From contig CP126532.1 in NCBI GenBank assembly GCA_030167145.1, forward strand, positions 4,770,001-4,802,000: a DNA stretch of 32,000 nt. Reading direction: 5' to 3'. The notes under the pieces are model-generated. The model ran no database searches. It was not told the origin of the DNA and saw only the letters and a program-made list of their open reading frames with translations. Both the position numbers and the translations under genes were made by a program. Positions 1 to 8,341 of this stretch are shown in pieces (the first letter of the stretch is position 1; every line of letters begins with the position of its first letter). The stretch comes from Ktedonobacterales bacterium. GTDB taxonomy: Bacteria; Chloroflexota; Ktedonobacteria; Ktedonobacterales; JADMIN01.

Positions 1-251
1 GCGACGAGGTGTATGTGACAATAGACATAGATGCGTTCGATCCATCACTGGTTCCTGGGACGGGTACGCCTGAGCCAGGGGGCCTGGGTTGGTATGATGT
101 GATTGATCTGCTAGCGGCGCTCACGGCGCGGAAGCGGGTGGTCGGTTTCGATGTCGTGGAGTTGTCACCGCTTGTCGAAGGGCATGTAAGCCCTGTCGTA
201 GCGGCAAAGCTCGTGTATAAATTGATCGGAATGACGACGGTAGCGCAATAG
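1..251 (+). CDS. Ureohydrolase (agmatinase/arginase family), C-terminal fragment; 5' end lies outside the window
   Basis: The reading frame is open from the window edge (codons D-E precede the GTG at 9). The translation VYVTIDIDAFDPSLVPGTGTPEPGGLGWYDVIDLL...VVGFDVVELSP carries the DxDxxDP and GxD(V/I)VE metal-binding motifs typical of agmatinase/arginase proteins. Stop TAG at 249-251. Confidence 0.7.
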   Translation, partial: DEVYVTIDIDAFDPSLVPGTGTPEPGGLGWYDVIDLLAALTARKRVVGFDVVELSPLVEGHVSPVVAAKLVYKLIGMTTVAQ

Positions 252-1203
252 CTCGTGCATAAGCTGATCGGAATGACGACTTTAGCATAGCGGCAACTCG
301 CTTCAGCGGTGGAGCGGTTGGCATCGGTTCGTCAACGACTCCACTTACGAGTATGTGGTCATCCAGTGTGTTTCCCGCCGGCATGCTTGCGGTTGCGTCG
401 CGTGGCGAAAAGATTGGGGCATTGGGCGCTGGCTCGTTTGCTCGCGTTATGGGCATGAGGGGTGGTGGTTGAGGAAGTGGTCCGTCATGTACGGGGCGAG
501 CCATAGGGCGAGCTAGGGGGGCTTGTGCTGACGTATGGCGCTGGATGTGTAGGACACGGCGCACCCAGGCGCGCTGGCCAGATGTGAGGCCAACGCCGCC
601 CAGATAGCCGGCGAGCAGGACCGCTGCGGCGATGCCATAGGCGCTGAGCGCGAGCCACGTGCGGTTGTTCCAATGAAGCTCTGACAGCACGACCGGTGCG
701 GCGAATCGCAGCGCATAGAAGAAGATCAGTCCAGTGATGAGACAGAGGAGGAAGCCTGGCGGCAGAAAGATCCGCCGCCAGCCGCGCTGGTGAGCGCCAA
801 TGGCGAGCATGAGCAATGCGCACACAAGCATGAGATACACGCCACATATCAGCGCGGTGCGGCCAAGCAAGTTGAGCGCGCCAAATGATGCGATGACGCG
901 CTCGGAATGGCCAGTGGCAAAGAAATTGCCCAGGTCGAGGAGGAGTCGCACGAATGCGACGGTAGCCCAGCAGCCAACAGCTACGACCATCAGCAGAGGC
1001 GCAAGCAAGATGAGCGCAATGCTAACCGACAGCAGTCTGGTCAACCAGGGCCAGATGTACATCCTGCGGGGCTTGAATTTCGCGCCTGGTTCGGGAAGCT
1101 TATCAGCGGAATCTGGAGAGGGGGCTGGTGAGCGCGGCGCGGCGGCCACGTAGAGGTCATCGGTTTGTACGCTTTCTGGGGTCCACTGATTCGAGATGTC
1201 CAC
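121..1203 (-). CDS. Hypothetical polytopic membrane protein with a Pro/Ala-rich C-terminal tail
   Basis: 360-codon ORF. The GTG start at 1203 is preceded by GAGGGAG 7 nt upstream. The central ~170 residues form several long hydrophobic helices (e.g. LLSVSIALILLAPLLMVVAVGCWATVAFV, ALICGVYLMLVCALLMLAIGA, GFLLCLITGLIFFYAL, WLALSAYGIAAAVLLAGYLGGVGL). No family recognised. The last 131 nt overlap the convergent agmatinase gene, so the tail may be partly fortuitous. Confidence 0.55.
   Translation of the reverse strand: MDISNQWTPESVQTDDLYVAAAPRSPAPSPDSADKLPEPGAKFKPRRMYIWPWLTRLLSVSIALILLAPLLMVVAVGCWATVAFVRLLLDLGNFFATGHSERVIASFGALNLLGRTALICGVYLMLVCALLMLAIGAHQRGWRRIFLPPGFLLCLITGLIFFYALRFAAPVVLSELHWNNRTWLALSAYGIAAAVLLAGYLGGVGLTSGQRAWVRRVLHIQRHTSAQAPLARPMARPVHDGPLPQPPPLMPITRANEPAPNAPIFSPRDATASMPAGNTLDDHILVSGVVDEPMPTAPPLKRVAAMLKSSFRSAYARAIALPSSFRSIYTRALPLRQGLHALRQAVTTPRHRNRPPASAP
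209..290. repeat. Imperfect tandem duplication (~40 nt x2) of the agmatinase 3' end
   Basis: gctcgtgtataaattgatcggaatgacgacggtagcgcaatag (209-251) is followed directly by gctcgtgcataagctgatcggaatgacgactttagcatag (251-290). Copy 2 starts at the last base of the stop codon. Confidence 0.8.
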
Positions 1204-1361
1204 GGGATGGCTCCCTCGCCGCGCTGCGGTGCATATCGGGCAGCGATCACGACCTGCCGCGCCATCTAATACACGAATGAGCCAGGCAATGTGTTACGAT
1301 GTATCATGCCAGCAATGGCGCTGGTGTGACGAATTACCACCGCGAGAGGCTCAGGCGCCCA

Positions 1362-2801
1362 ATGAGCATGTCCGATAGTCCTATATCCAGTACCCCCGCA
1401 TCTTCTCTGGCGAAGGGTGTGGCCGCGCCCCGGCGCGACGCGCATGCACGGCGTGCGGCCCCACGTGCGACCAATGTTGAAACGGGCACGTCAACTCTGC
1501 TCACCGTGCCAGAGGAGATGATACATAACGAAGCGAACACACCTGACCTGGCTGCGCCGCGACGAATGCCAGGCATCACCGATATATGGCGCGCACAGGA
1601 AGTGATTCGCCCGCATGTGTATCACACGCCACTGTTGCCATCACGCACGCTCAGTGCCATGAGTGGCGCGAATGTCTGGCTGAAAGCGGAGAATCTCCAG
1701 CGGTCGGGGGCATACAAGATTCGTGGGGCGACGTATAAGCTGTCGCGGCTGACGCCAGAGGAACGCGAGCGCGGGGTGATTACCGCTTCAGCGGGCAATC
1801 ACGCGCAAGGCGTTGCCATCGCGGCCGCCGCGCTGGATATTCCCTGCACTATCGTGATGCCGGTGGGGGCGCCACTGGCGAAGGTGACGGCAACACGTGG
1901 ATATGGCGCGTCGGTAGTGCTGTCCGGCGAAACCTACAATGAATCCTACGAAAAGGCATGTGAACTTCAGCGCGAGACTGGCGCGACATTTATTCACGCG
2001 TTCGACGACCCGGATATCATCGCGGGGCAAGGTACGCTCGGCCTGGAGATTCTGGCCGACTTGCCCGACGTGCAGGCGATTGTCGTCGCCGTCGGTGGCG
2101 GTGGTGTGATCTCGGGCATCGCCACAGCGGTGAAGGCGCTCAAGCCTGACGTGCGTATCATAGGAGTAGAGGCGAGCGGGGCTGCTTCGATGCGCGCGGC
2201 GCTCGACGCGGGGCATCTGGTGACGTTGCCCGGTGTGGGCACGATTGCCGACGGCATCCAGACGAAGACGGCGGGAACCTATACCTATGAGATTGTACGC
2301 GCGCTGGTGGATGAGGTGATGACCGTTGACGATGAGGAGATCATTCACGCCGTATTGCTGTTGATGGAGCGCTGCAAATTGTTGGTGGAAGGCGCTGGGG
2401 CAGCTAGTGTAGCGGCGCTGCTCAGCGGGCGGCTATCGCTTGGTGGCCAGCGCACGGTGGCGCTGCTCAGCGGCGGCAATATTGATATGAACCTGATTGG
2501 ACGATTCATTCAACATGGGCTGGCGGCGCAAGGACGTTATCTGGTGATCCATACGCTGCTGCCGGACCGACCGGGTGAGTTGTTGCGGCTGCTGTCGCTG
2601 ATTGCGGCGCGGAACGTGAACGTGCTGGATGTGGAGCACCACCGGACAGGACCACGGCTACTTATCCAGCAAGTGGAAGTGGTAATGACGTTGGAAACAC
2701 GCGACCGCCCCCACTGCGAGGAATTGCTGGCGCTGTTGCGCGAGCAAGGCTATGCGGTGGCAGAGGCCCAGCCAACGTTTGGACTTGAATCCGGAAAATA
2801 G
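1362..2801 (+). CDS. ilvA: Threonine ammonia-lyase (threonine dehydratase), PLP-dependent, with a C-terminal ACT-like regulatory domain
   Basis: Motifs LKAENLQRSGAYKIRGA (PLP-lysine region), ASAGNHAQGVA and VAVGGGGVISG, plus a C-terminal ~80-aa ACT-like segment. The start is uncertain: the track ORF begins at 1299. I chose ATG 1362, which has GAGAGG ~12 nt upstream. Homology to the family only begins near ATG 1566. Confidence 0.85.
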   Translation: MSMSDSPISSTPASSLAKGVAAPRRDAHARRAAPRATNVETGTSTLLTVPEEMIHNEANTPDLAAPRRMPGITDIWRAQEVIRPHVYHTPLLPSRTLSAMSGANVWLKAENLQRSGAYKIRGATYKLSRLTPEERERGVITASAGNHAQGVAIAAAALDIPCTIVMPVGAPLAKVTATRGYGASVVLSGETYNESYEKACELQRETGATFIHAFDDPDIIAGQGTLGLEILADLPDVQAIVVAVGGGGVISGIATAVKALKPDVRIIGVEASGAASMRAALDAGHLVTLPGVGTIADGIQTKTAGTYTYEIVRALVDEVMTVDDEEIIHAVLLLMERCKLLVEGAGAASVAALLSGRLSLGGQRTVALLSGGNIDMNLIGRFIQHGLAAQGRYLVIHTLLPDRPGELLRLLSLIAARNVNVLDVEHHRTGPRLLIQQVEVVMTLETRDRPHCEELLALLREQGYAVAEAQPTFGLESGK

Positions 2802-2838
2802 CTGATAAAAATAGCTGATAAGTGAGCAAGGGTGGTCA

Positions 2839-3471
2839 TCAGACAGGCATGGCGAGAACCGCATCAAAGGCATGGCGCAGCGCCCAGGTGAAGGCGTCCA
2901 CATCTTGCGGGCTGGCTGGATAGTCGGAAAATTCGCGCTCGACCGCAGTGCGAAGTTGACCCATGGCTTTGGCGTGGTTGGTGATACCGCGCACAGCCGG
3001 GGCGGCAAGCAGTGAGTGCGCGGTCGCCCAATAAATGGCGGCACAGCCCGCGATGTTGCTGGCGTTGTAGCGAGGAGCGCCCACATTGATCGCCGCCGCG
3101 AGCACGTGATGTATCTCTTCCATGCTATGGACCGCGGCCAGATCGGGAAGGTCCAAGAGGGTGACGGCGCGAAGCTCAAGGGAATCTAAGCGAGAAGGAA
3201 CAATAGCGTCGAGCGGTATGAGGGATTGGAGGTCGGTGAGAAGTAGCGCGGCGCGCTGCCATCCCCGCAGGTTTGGATCGGCGATGAGAATCGTGTGTAG
3301 TGCGAGATGCAGTGTGGTATATACCGATTCTGTGGCATCGAAACGGTTTTCGCTCCGCAAGGTACGGGCATAAGCATCCGCGGCGAGGGCTGCCGCTTTG
3401 ATGGCGGCGAGTGGGTGCAATGAACTAGGAAGTGGCGCTCCTGTGGGTGTGGTCACCTGGCGCATGTCCAT
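2839..3471 (-). CDS. Hypothetical protein (predicted all-alpha, no recognised family)
   Basis: The ORF runs to 3528, but ATG 3471 is preceded by GGGAGGA 5 nt upstream, giving a 210-aa product. It is divergent from the 3711-5219 operon. Confidence 0.6.
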   Translation of the reverse strand: MDMRQVTTPTGAPLPSSLHPLAAIKAAALAADAYARTLRSENRFDATESVYTTLHLALHTILIADPNLRGWQRAALLLTDLQSLIPLDAIVPSRLDSLELRAVTLLDLPDLAAVHSMEEIHHVLAAAINVGAPRYNASNIAGCAAIYWATAHSLLAAPAVRGITNHAKAMGQLRTAVEREFSDYPASPQDVDAFTWALRHAFDAVLAMPV

Positions 3472-3710
3472 GGGAATCCTCCCTATACGGGGCAGACGAG
3501 CAGGAGCGAGCTTTCCATTGCCGTACACGTGACACTGTCCACCCCATGCCTAACTATATACGACATGGAAGGTGATACGCTAGCGGGAACAGGGAGGCGC
3601 GCATTGCACGAAGTGGCGCACTGGCGCGTGAAAGTAGCTACAATCTGTTGGGAGTGTGACCACTGCGACACGATTGCTTCCATGAGATGAGCGCGTTGTA
3701 GAAGGCGGGC

Positions 3711-4463
3711 GTGATGGGCATTGGCTCTATGTCTGAGCAGCAGACGGCGACATCGCGACAGTCCGAGCCGCCATCGCTTCCAATCGGCGCGCGCCGTCTT
3801 ACCGCGCTGGATAGGGCGTTCCTGGGATTGCTGTTGCTTATGGTCGCCGGGCATCTCATGGCGGCGCGACTGGCGGTGGGCTGGTGGAGCGCGGCGGCGC
3901 TTGATGGTGTGGCGGCGATCTATCTGCTGGCAATGTCGGCGCGGCGCGAGTGGCGTGTGCTGCTGGCGCGGCTCTTTCTGCTGGGGCTGGTGGCAGGTGT
4001 ACTGGAACTGGCAACCGATGCGGCGGGAGAGCGTTTCGCCCATTCGTTGGTATATCCCGCCGGTGAGCCATCACTGTGGGTGTCGCCCGTGTATATGCCG
4101 TTTTCGTGGGCCATCGTGCTGACGCAACTGGGCTATCTTGGCTGGCGTCTGCGGGGGCTTGTGCCGCCGCTGCGTTTGTGGGTGGCGATGGCGCTGACTG
4201 GGGTGGTAGGTATGCTGATGGTGCCGTTCTACGAAGAGATGGCGTATTATGCGGGATGGTGGCACTATGCGTCGGTATGGCGGATTGGGCATACGCCGCT
4301 GTATGTGCTGCTGTTCGAGGGGGCCATCGCGGCGATTCTGCCAGTGCTACTTTCGCCACGGCTGACGCAGCGCCCGCTACGGTTCGCGGCGCTGTTGGGA
4401 GCAATCGTCGGCGTCTGGATGCCAGTAGCGGCACTACTTTCGTGGCTGGCAATTGGCCACTAA
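3711..4463 (+). CDS. Hypothetical integral membrane protein (~7 TM); faint resemblance to the DUF422/CruF-type 'carotenoid biosynthesis protein' family
   Basis: Starts at GTG 3711 or ATG 3714, with GAAGG ~9 nt upstream. The sequence is hydrophobic throughout. The patterns LELATDAAGERFAHSLVYP...PVYMPFSWAIV and FYEEMAYYAGWWHY resemble that family only by memory. The stop at 4461-4463 is followed by the SD of the next gene. Confidence 0.7.
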   Translation: MMGIGSMSEQQTATSRQSEPPSLPIGARRLTALDRAFLGLLLLMVAGHLMAARLAVGWWSAAALDGVAAIYLLAMSARREWRVLLARLFLLGLVAGVLELATDAAGERFAHSLVYPAGEPSLWVSPVYMPFSWAIVLTQLGYLGWRLRGLVPPLRLWVAMALTGVVGMLMVPFYEEMAYYAGWWHYASVWRIGHTPLYVLLFEGAIAAILPVLLSPRLTQRPLRFAALLGAIVGVWMPVAALLSWLAIGH

Positions 4464-4475
4464 GGAGGAGGTATC

Positions 4476-5219
4476 GTGAGCGTATCCCTGACAGTGCTCC
4501 ATGTGCGCGATGCTGATCCGTTGATGGTGGAGCAGGCGCTTGAGACGATTTTCGCGAAGGACGGGTGCCCGCAGACGCTACGCCTCGAAGGAACCTATTC
4601 GGCTGTATTGGGCCGTGTAACGGACCCGGACCTGGAGGCAAGGTACCGCTATCTTATCCTGCGCCCGCATGAGGCAGCGTGGACACCAGTGCTGGAGCTA
4701 GGAAACCGGACGGTCAATATAGACGTGGAGCTTTCGCGGGCGCTGAATGGCTGCGCGGTCTTCACGACTTTCGTGTATGGCGATGTGGTATCGGGCTATC
4801 GGATGGCGCGCAACGGGGTTGAGACCGATCAGTATGTGAGCGATCCAACGTATTTTCAATATCTGGAGGATGAGACGAGCACGGATCCGGTAAGAACTAA
4901 CAGCATTGCGGGAGACCAAGGGCATCCCGAACGATTCGCGGACCTGCTACCTAGCGGAACGACGCCAGAGGAGTTCGAGCGGGTGGTGTTGCGGCCAGGA
5001 TGGTGGGAAGAGCATCAGGCTCGCTATGATGAACCTGGCACAACCCACGACACCCGCGAGGACGATGCGGAGGACGAATGGGTAGATGAGGTGGACCGCA
5101 TGCGCTGTATGGCGCTGGCGCTGGAGTTGTGGGGGTCGAGCGACTATCCATTCGCGCAGGAGCCTGAAGACATACCTAATGCGATGGCGGGGCCAGCGAT
5201 TGCGCTGGCATTCGTGTAG
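4476..5219 (+). CDS. Hypothetical acidic cytoplasmic protein, translationally linked to the preceding membrane protein
   Basis: GTG start at 4476, with GGAGGAGG 5 nt upstream and immediately after the upstream stop codon. 247 aa with an Asp/Glu-rich C-terminal half. No family recognised. Confidence 0.7.
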   Translation: MSVSLTVLHVRDADPLMVEQALETIFAKDGCPQTLRLEGTYSAVLGRVTDPDLEARYRYLILRPHEAAWTPVLELGNRTVNIDVELSRALNGCAVFTTFVYGDVVSGYRMARNGVETDQYVSDPTYFQYLEDETSTDPVRTNSIAGDQGHPERFADLLPSGTTPEEFERVVLRPGWWEEHQARYDEPGTTHDTREDDAEDEWVDEVDRMRCMALALELWGSSDYPFAQEPEDIPNAMAGPAIALAFV

Positions 5220-5464
5220 CCGCGCCTGACAGGCGCGTGCGGCGGCACGTGGGCTTGAGGGGCATGACACTCGTGTGCTGGCGCGAAGCTTGCCATGCTG
5301 GTATGCTGTGTCTGCTGTGCTTGCCATGCTTGGGCAGAAATGCGTAGGAAGTACCAGAATAATCTGTGTCCTGTGCTTAGTACGTTACGATGCTAGGGAT
5401 TGTCGCGTTGGTCTGGAACATTCAGGCGTGGTGGCAGGATGAATGGCCCACGCGCGTTGCCTGA

Positions 5465-5494
5465 TTGTACGGGCCTATGTCATAGTGTTATGGT
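5465..5494 (+). promoter_or_regulatory. Candidate sigma70-type promoter (TTGTAC - 18 nt - TGtTATGGT)
   Basis: -35-like TTGTAC at 5465-5470 and an extended -10 TGTTATGGT at 5486-5494. It would give a ~230-nt leader before the GtrA-family gene. Confidence 0.3.
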
Positions 5495-5729
5495 ACACAA
5501 ACGAGGACTTGACGAAGTTGCGCTTGCACAGAGCCGATGCGGGAGAAAATAAGCAATGGGCGGCGTGGAGAGCAACGGGCAGTCATGGGCGCCCGGCCGG
5601 TGGGTCGCCTTTCGGTCTGGGATGATAAGCGCTGGTGATCCGATACAGGTACAGACGCCGGAACCGGCGACGCCTCGCGAAGGAGCGCGCCAGGGCGCGG
5701 TAGAGAGTGCAAACGAGGTTGGAGGATAC

Positions 5730-6335
5730 ATGGCGAATCCAGTGTTGGGAAGTGAGCCTGCGGAACTTGGGGAGCAGGGGATGGCGGGGGATGAAGCGCA
5801 GATGGCGATGGCGCCAGAGCGGAGTTATCATCCGACACGCTGGCCGTTAGTAAATCGTGCGCTGGATCTCGTGGAGTCTATGTTTCCTGGCAAGGCGGGG
5901 TTCGTTCAGCGATTGGTCAGCTATCTCATCGTCGGTGGCGGGGCCGCCGTGGTGAACTTGATTGTTTTCACCATCATGTTCTATCACGTGCCGCTGCCGT
6001 TCAGTGATAAGACCACATTGGGGCACACCGCACACTATCTGACGGCGTTTTTGGTTGGCACTGAGGTCTCGATCTTTGCGAATTTTATTCCGAACGACTA
6101 TCTCACCTTCCGTCACCTGGCAGGACATCAGCGGTCGTGGATCGCTCGCTGCGCACGCTTTCACATTACGTGCATCGCCGGTACGCTGCTAACGCTAGCG
6201 ATTTCGTTTACGCTTCACTTCGCTGGGCTGAATGCGACTGTCGGACAGGCTATCGCGCTGATTGTGGTAACGGCCTTCAACTTCACATTTCATCACTTGT
6301 TCACCTATCGCCATGTGAAGCCCGCAGAGGAATAA
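5730..6335 (+). CDS. GtrA-family membrane protein (polyisoprenol-linked sugar translocation family)
   Basis: ATG 5730 is preceded by GGAGG 4 nt upstream. Four TM helices show typical GtrA patterns (LVSYLIVGGGAAVVNLIVF..., FIPNDYLTFRH, VVTAFNFTFHHLFTYRH). The upstream in-frame extension to 5556 looks non-coding. Confidence 0.8.
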   Translation: MANPVLGSEPAELGEQGMAGDEAQMAMAPERSYHPTRWPLVNRALDLVESMFPGKAGFVQRLVSYLIVGGGAAVVNLIVFTIMFYHVPLPFSDKTTLGHTAHYLTAFLVGTEVSIFANFIPNDYLTFRHLAGHQRSWIARCARFHITCIAGTLLTLAISFTLHFAGLNATVGQAIALIVVTAFNFTFHHLFTYRHVKPAEE

Positions 6336-6399
6336 ATAAGTTGCAGTCAGCAATGCTTGCAGGTGGTTTCTGCTAAGGCGCTCTGTGAGAACACATGCC

Positions 6400-8016
6400 T
6401 CAGTACGGGTTGTTGCTGTCAGCGCAAGTGACTGGCAAACGGCCTTGTGCCTGCGCGCGACCGAAGATGACGTTCACCGCTGCCGCGAGAGCAGGCTCCG
6501 AATATTCATAGGTGGCGAGGAAGGTTCCTATTTCTGGCAAGACACATGCATCGTATGGATCGCAGACGGCGATGCCGATAGTGGGTCGGCCCACACCTGC
6601 GATACGGCGCATGATGCCGAGTTGCTCTGGGCGCCGGTGCGCGTTCAGCGTCACGAGCAGCACCGCGCGAGCAGCGCCAGCGATACGCAGCGTCGCATCT
6701 ATCTGCTCGGTTGTGGGGTGGGGAGCGAGGGTGACGAGGCTGGTATTCGGGTGTTCGTGACGTATCGCATCTAGCAGCGACGAAGGCTCAAAGGCAATGT
6801 CAACCGCGTCGTTGATCGCATCCGGGGGTTGGACGATGATGGCCAGCGGTTCATCAGCGCTGATATGCAGTGGAAGGAGCGAGGCTTTATCTCGGACCAG
6901 GGTGGTTGACGCCGCATACGCCTGGTCGCGGAGCGCTGCGTGTGGCCGACTTCCTACGATAGTGAGCGCGTCAGTTGTGGGCAAGTTGTCCCAGGCGAGA
7001 TACCGCTGTTTCAGGCGCATTATCCGCTCAGCCGCCTGGCGAAAAGCGTCTAGCGTCAGTTCGCCTGATGCGACCGCTGCTCGCACGGCGGCAATGCTGG
7101 CGCGCTGTACCTGAATTCGATGCGAGACAAGTACGATATCTGTGCCCGCGCGCAGTGCCAGCACGGACGCTCGCGGAGCGCCGATGGTCGTGGCAATGGC
7201 GTCCATCTCGAAGCAATCGGAGATGGCCACGCCAGAGAATCCGAGGCGCTCGCGCAAGAGTCCCTGTATGATGTCGGGTGAGATGGTCGCGGGCACGGGG
7301 TCGCCAGGTATGAGGGCGGGCAATGCGACGTGGCCGATCATAACACAGTCAGCGCCAGCTTCTATCCCCATCTGGAAAGGAACCAGTTCCAGTGCGTCCA
7401 GGCGTTCGCGTGACGCAGAGATGACAGGCAGCGCGCGGTGTGAATCTGTCGCGGTATCCCCATGACCGGGGAAGTGCTTCAGCGTGGCGATGATGCCTGC
7501 CGCATGGTAGCCGCGCAGCGCTGCTGCGCCCAGACGTGCGACCATCCGCGGGTTTTCGCCGAAGGAACGGATGCCAATGACAGGATTGGCGGGATTGTTG
7601 TTGACATCCACCACAGGAGCCAGATTCATGTTGACGCCGAGAGCGCGCAACTCCTCACCAGTGGCTTGCGCTACGTCGTAGGTGAGTTGTTCTGAGTCAA
7701 TCGCGCCCAACGCCATGTTGCCCGGGAAAATGGTGCTGCCCGACCCAAGCCGCCGGACCAGCCCATTTTCTTGATCGGTGGCGATGAGTAGTGGATAGGG
7801 ATGTCCCGCCTCTTTGGCGGCCTGCTGCAAATCATGTGTGAGCGCGAGCAGTTGATGCGGACTTTCGATATTGCGCGAGAACAGAATCACGCCGCCGATG
7901 TGATGATTTTGGATTAGGTCTATCATCTCTGGAGAGGGCGTTGTGCCATGAAAGCCAACCATGAACGTTTGGCCAATGAGGTGATCGAGTGGCGTTTGCG
8001 CGCTGAAGATGGTCAT
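6400..8016 (-). CDS. Glycoside hydrolase family 3 beta-N-acetylhexosaminidase (NagZ-like, two-domain form)
   Basis: Motifs: GQTFMVGFHG, IGGVILFSRNI, LIATDQENGLVRRL, GVNMNLAPVVDV and the NagZ-type KHFPGHGDTATDSH. ATG 8016 has AGAGAGGA upstream. The track's extension to 8280 is a different gene remnant read in another frame. Confidence 0.85.
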   Translation of the reverse strand: MTIFSAQTPLDHLIGQTFMVGFHGTTPSPEMIDLIQNHHIGGVILFSRNIESPHQLLALTHDLQQAAKEAGHPYPLLIATDQENGLVRRLGSGSTIFPGNMALGAIDSEQLTYDVAQATGEELRALGVNMNLAPVVDVNNNPANPVIGIRSFGENPRMVARLGAAALRGYHAAGIIATLKHFPGHGDTATDSHRALPVISASRERLDALELVPFQMGIEAGADCVMIGHVALPALIPGDPVPATISPDIIQGLLRERLGFSGVAISDCFEMDAIATTIGAPRASVLALRAGTDIVLVSHRIQVQRASIAAVRAAVASGELTLDAFRQAAERIMRLKQRYLAWDNLPTTDALTIVGSRPHAALRDQAYAASTTLVRDKASLLPLHISADEPLAIIVQPPDAINDAVDIAFEPSSLLDAIRHEHPNTSLVTLAPHPTTEQIDATLRIAGAARAVLLVTLNAHRRPEQLGIMRRIAGVGRPTIGIAVCDPYDACVLPEIGTFLATYEYSEPALAAAVNVIFGRAQAQGRLPVTCADSNNPY

Positions 8017-8017
8017 T

Positions 8018-8341
8018 CTAGTTCCTCTCTCGATGCGTGGCGGCACGGGCATGGGCAACGGCCGCCGCAGGGTCAGAAACGATGCTGGCTTGCCCTGTTG
8101 ACCGGACGCGCCGGATGCGGCGCAGCACAGCCGCACGAAATGCCGCTTCATGCACAAGCGGGCCGCCACCCAGCGCCAGGGGCACATCATGGGTGAGACC
8201 CAGTTGATCGCAAACGGTGACTGCGGCTTGCGCGAGCTCGGTAGCTGCGCGGCGCACCCTACCGCGTGCGATGGAGTCACCAGCGTATGCGGCGAGCAGT
8301 GTGAGCGATGCGATGAGCAGCCACCAGCTACGACGCCGGAA
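8018..8341 (-). pseudogene. 3' remnant (about 105 codons) of a BadF/BadG/BcrA/BcrD-type ATPase (N-acetylglucosamine-kinase-like) gene
   Basis: The open frame from the stop at 8342-8344 reads ...AAYAGDSIARGRVRRAATELAQAAVTVCDQLGLTHDVPLALGGGPLVHEAAFRAAVLRRI...SIVSDPAAAVAHA. This is the pattern of the C-terminal third of BadF-type sugar kinases. There is no ATG, and only 47 nt separate it from the rsmI stop, so about 200 N-terminal codons are missing. Its TAG lies 1 nt before the GH3 ATG. Confidence 0.5.

Noticed and set aside
5556-5729. In-frame 58-codon N-terminal extension of the GtrA-family ORF
   Set aside because: There is no SD at 5556 and the composition is not protein-like. A canonical GGAGG-4 nt-ATG is present at 5730.
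5500-5729. Possible known riboswitch (TPP, glycine, ZTP, cobalamin, SAM, fluoride) in the GtrA leader
   Set aside because: None of the class-defining conserved cores (e.g. CUGAGA/ACCUGA for TPP, GCCACUG for the B12 box, CACCGAAGGGGCAA-type glycine cores) could be found by eye. The region is kept only as an unclassified structured leader in the findings.
8017-8280. Track's 626-aa version of the GH3 gene, extending to 8280
   Set aside because: The extension has no GH3 similarity (MTPSHAVGCAAQLPSSRKPQ...), and another frame of the same region matches a BadF-kinase C-terminus. ATG 8016 has a good SD and sits where GH3 homology begins.
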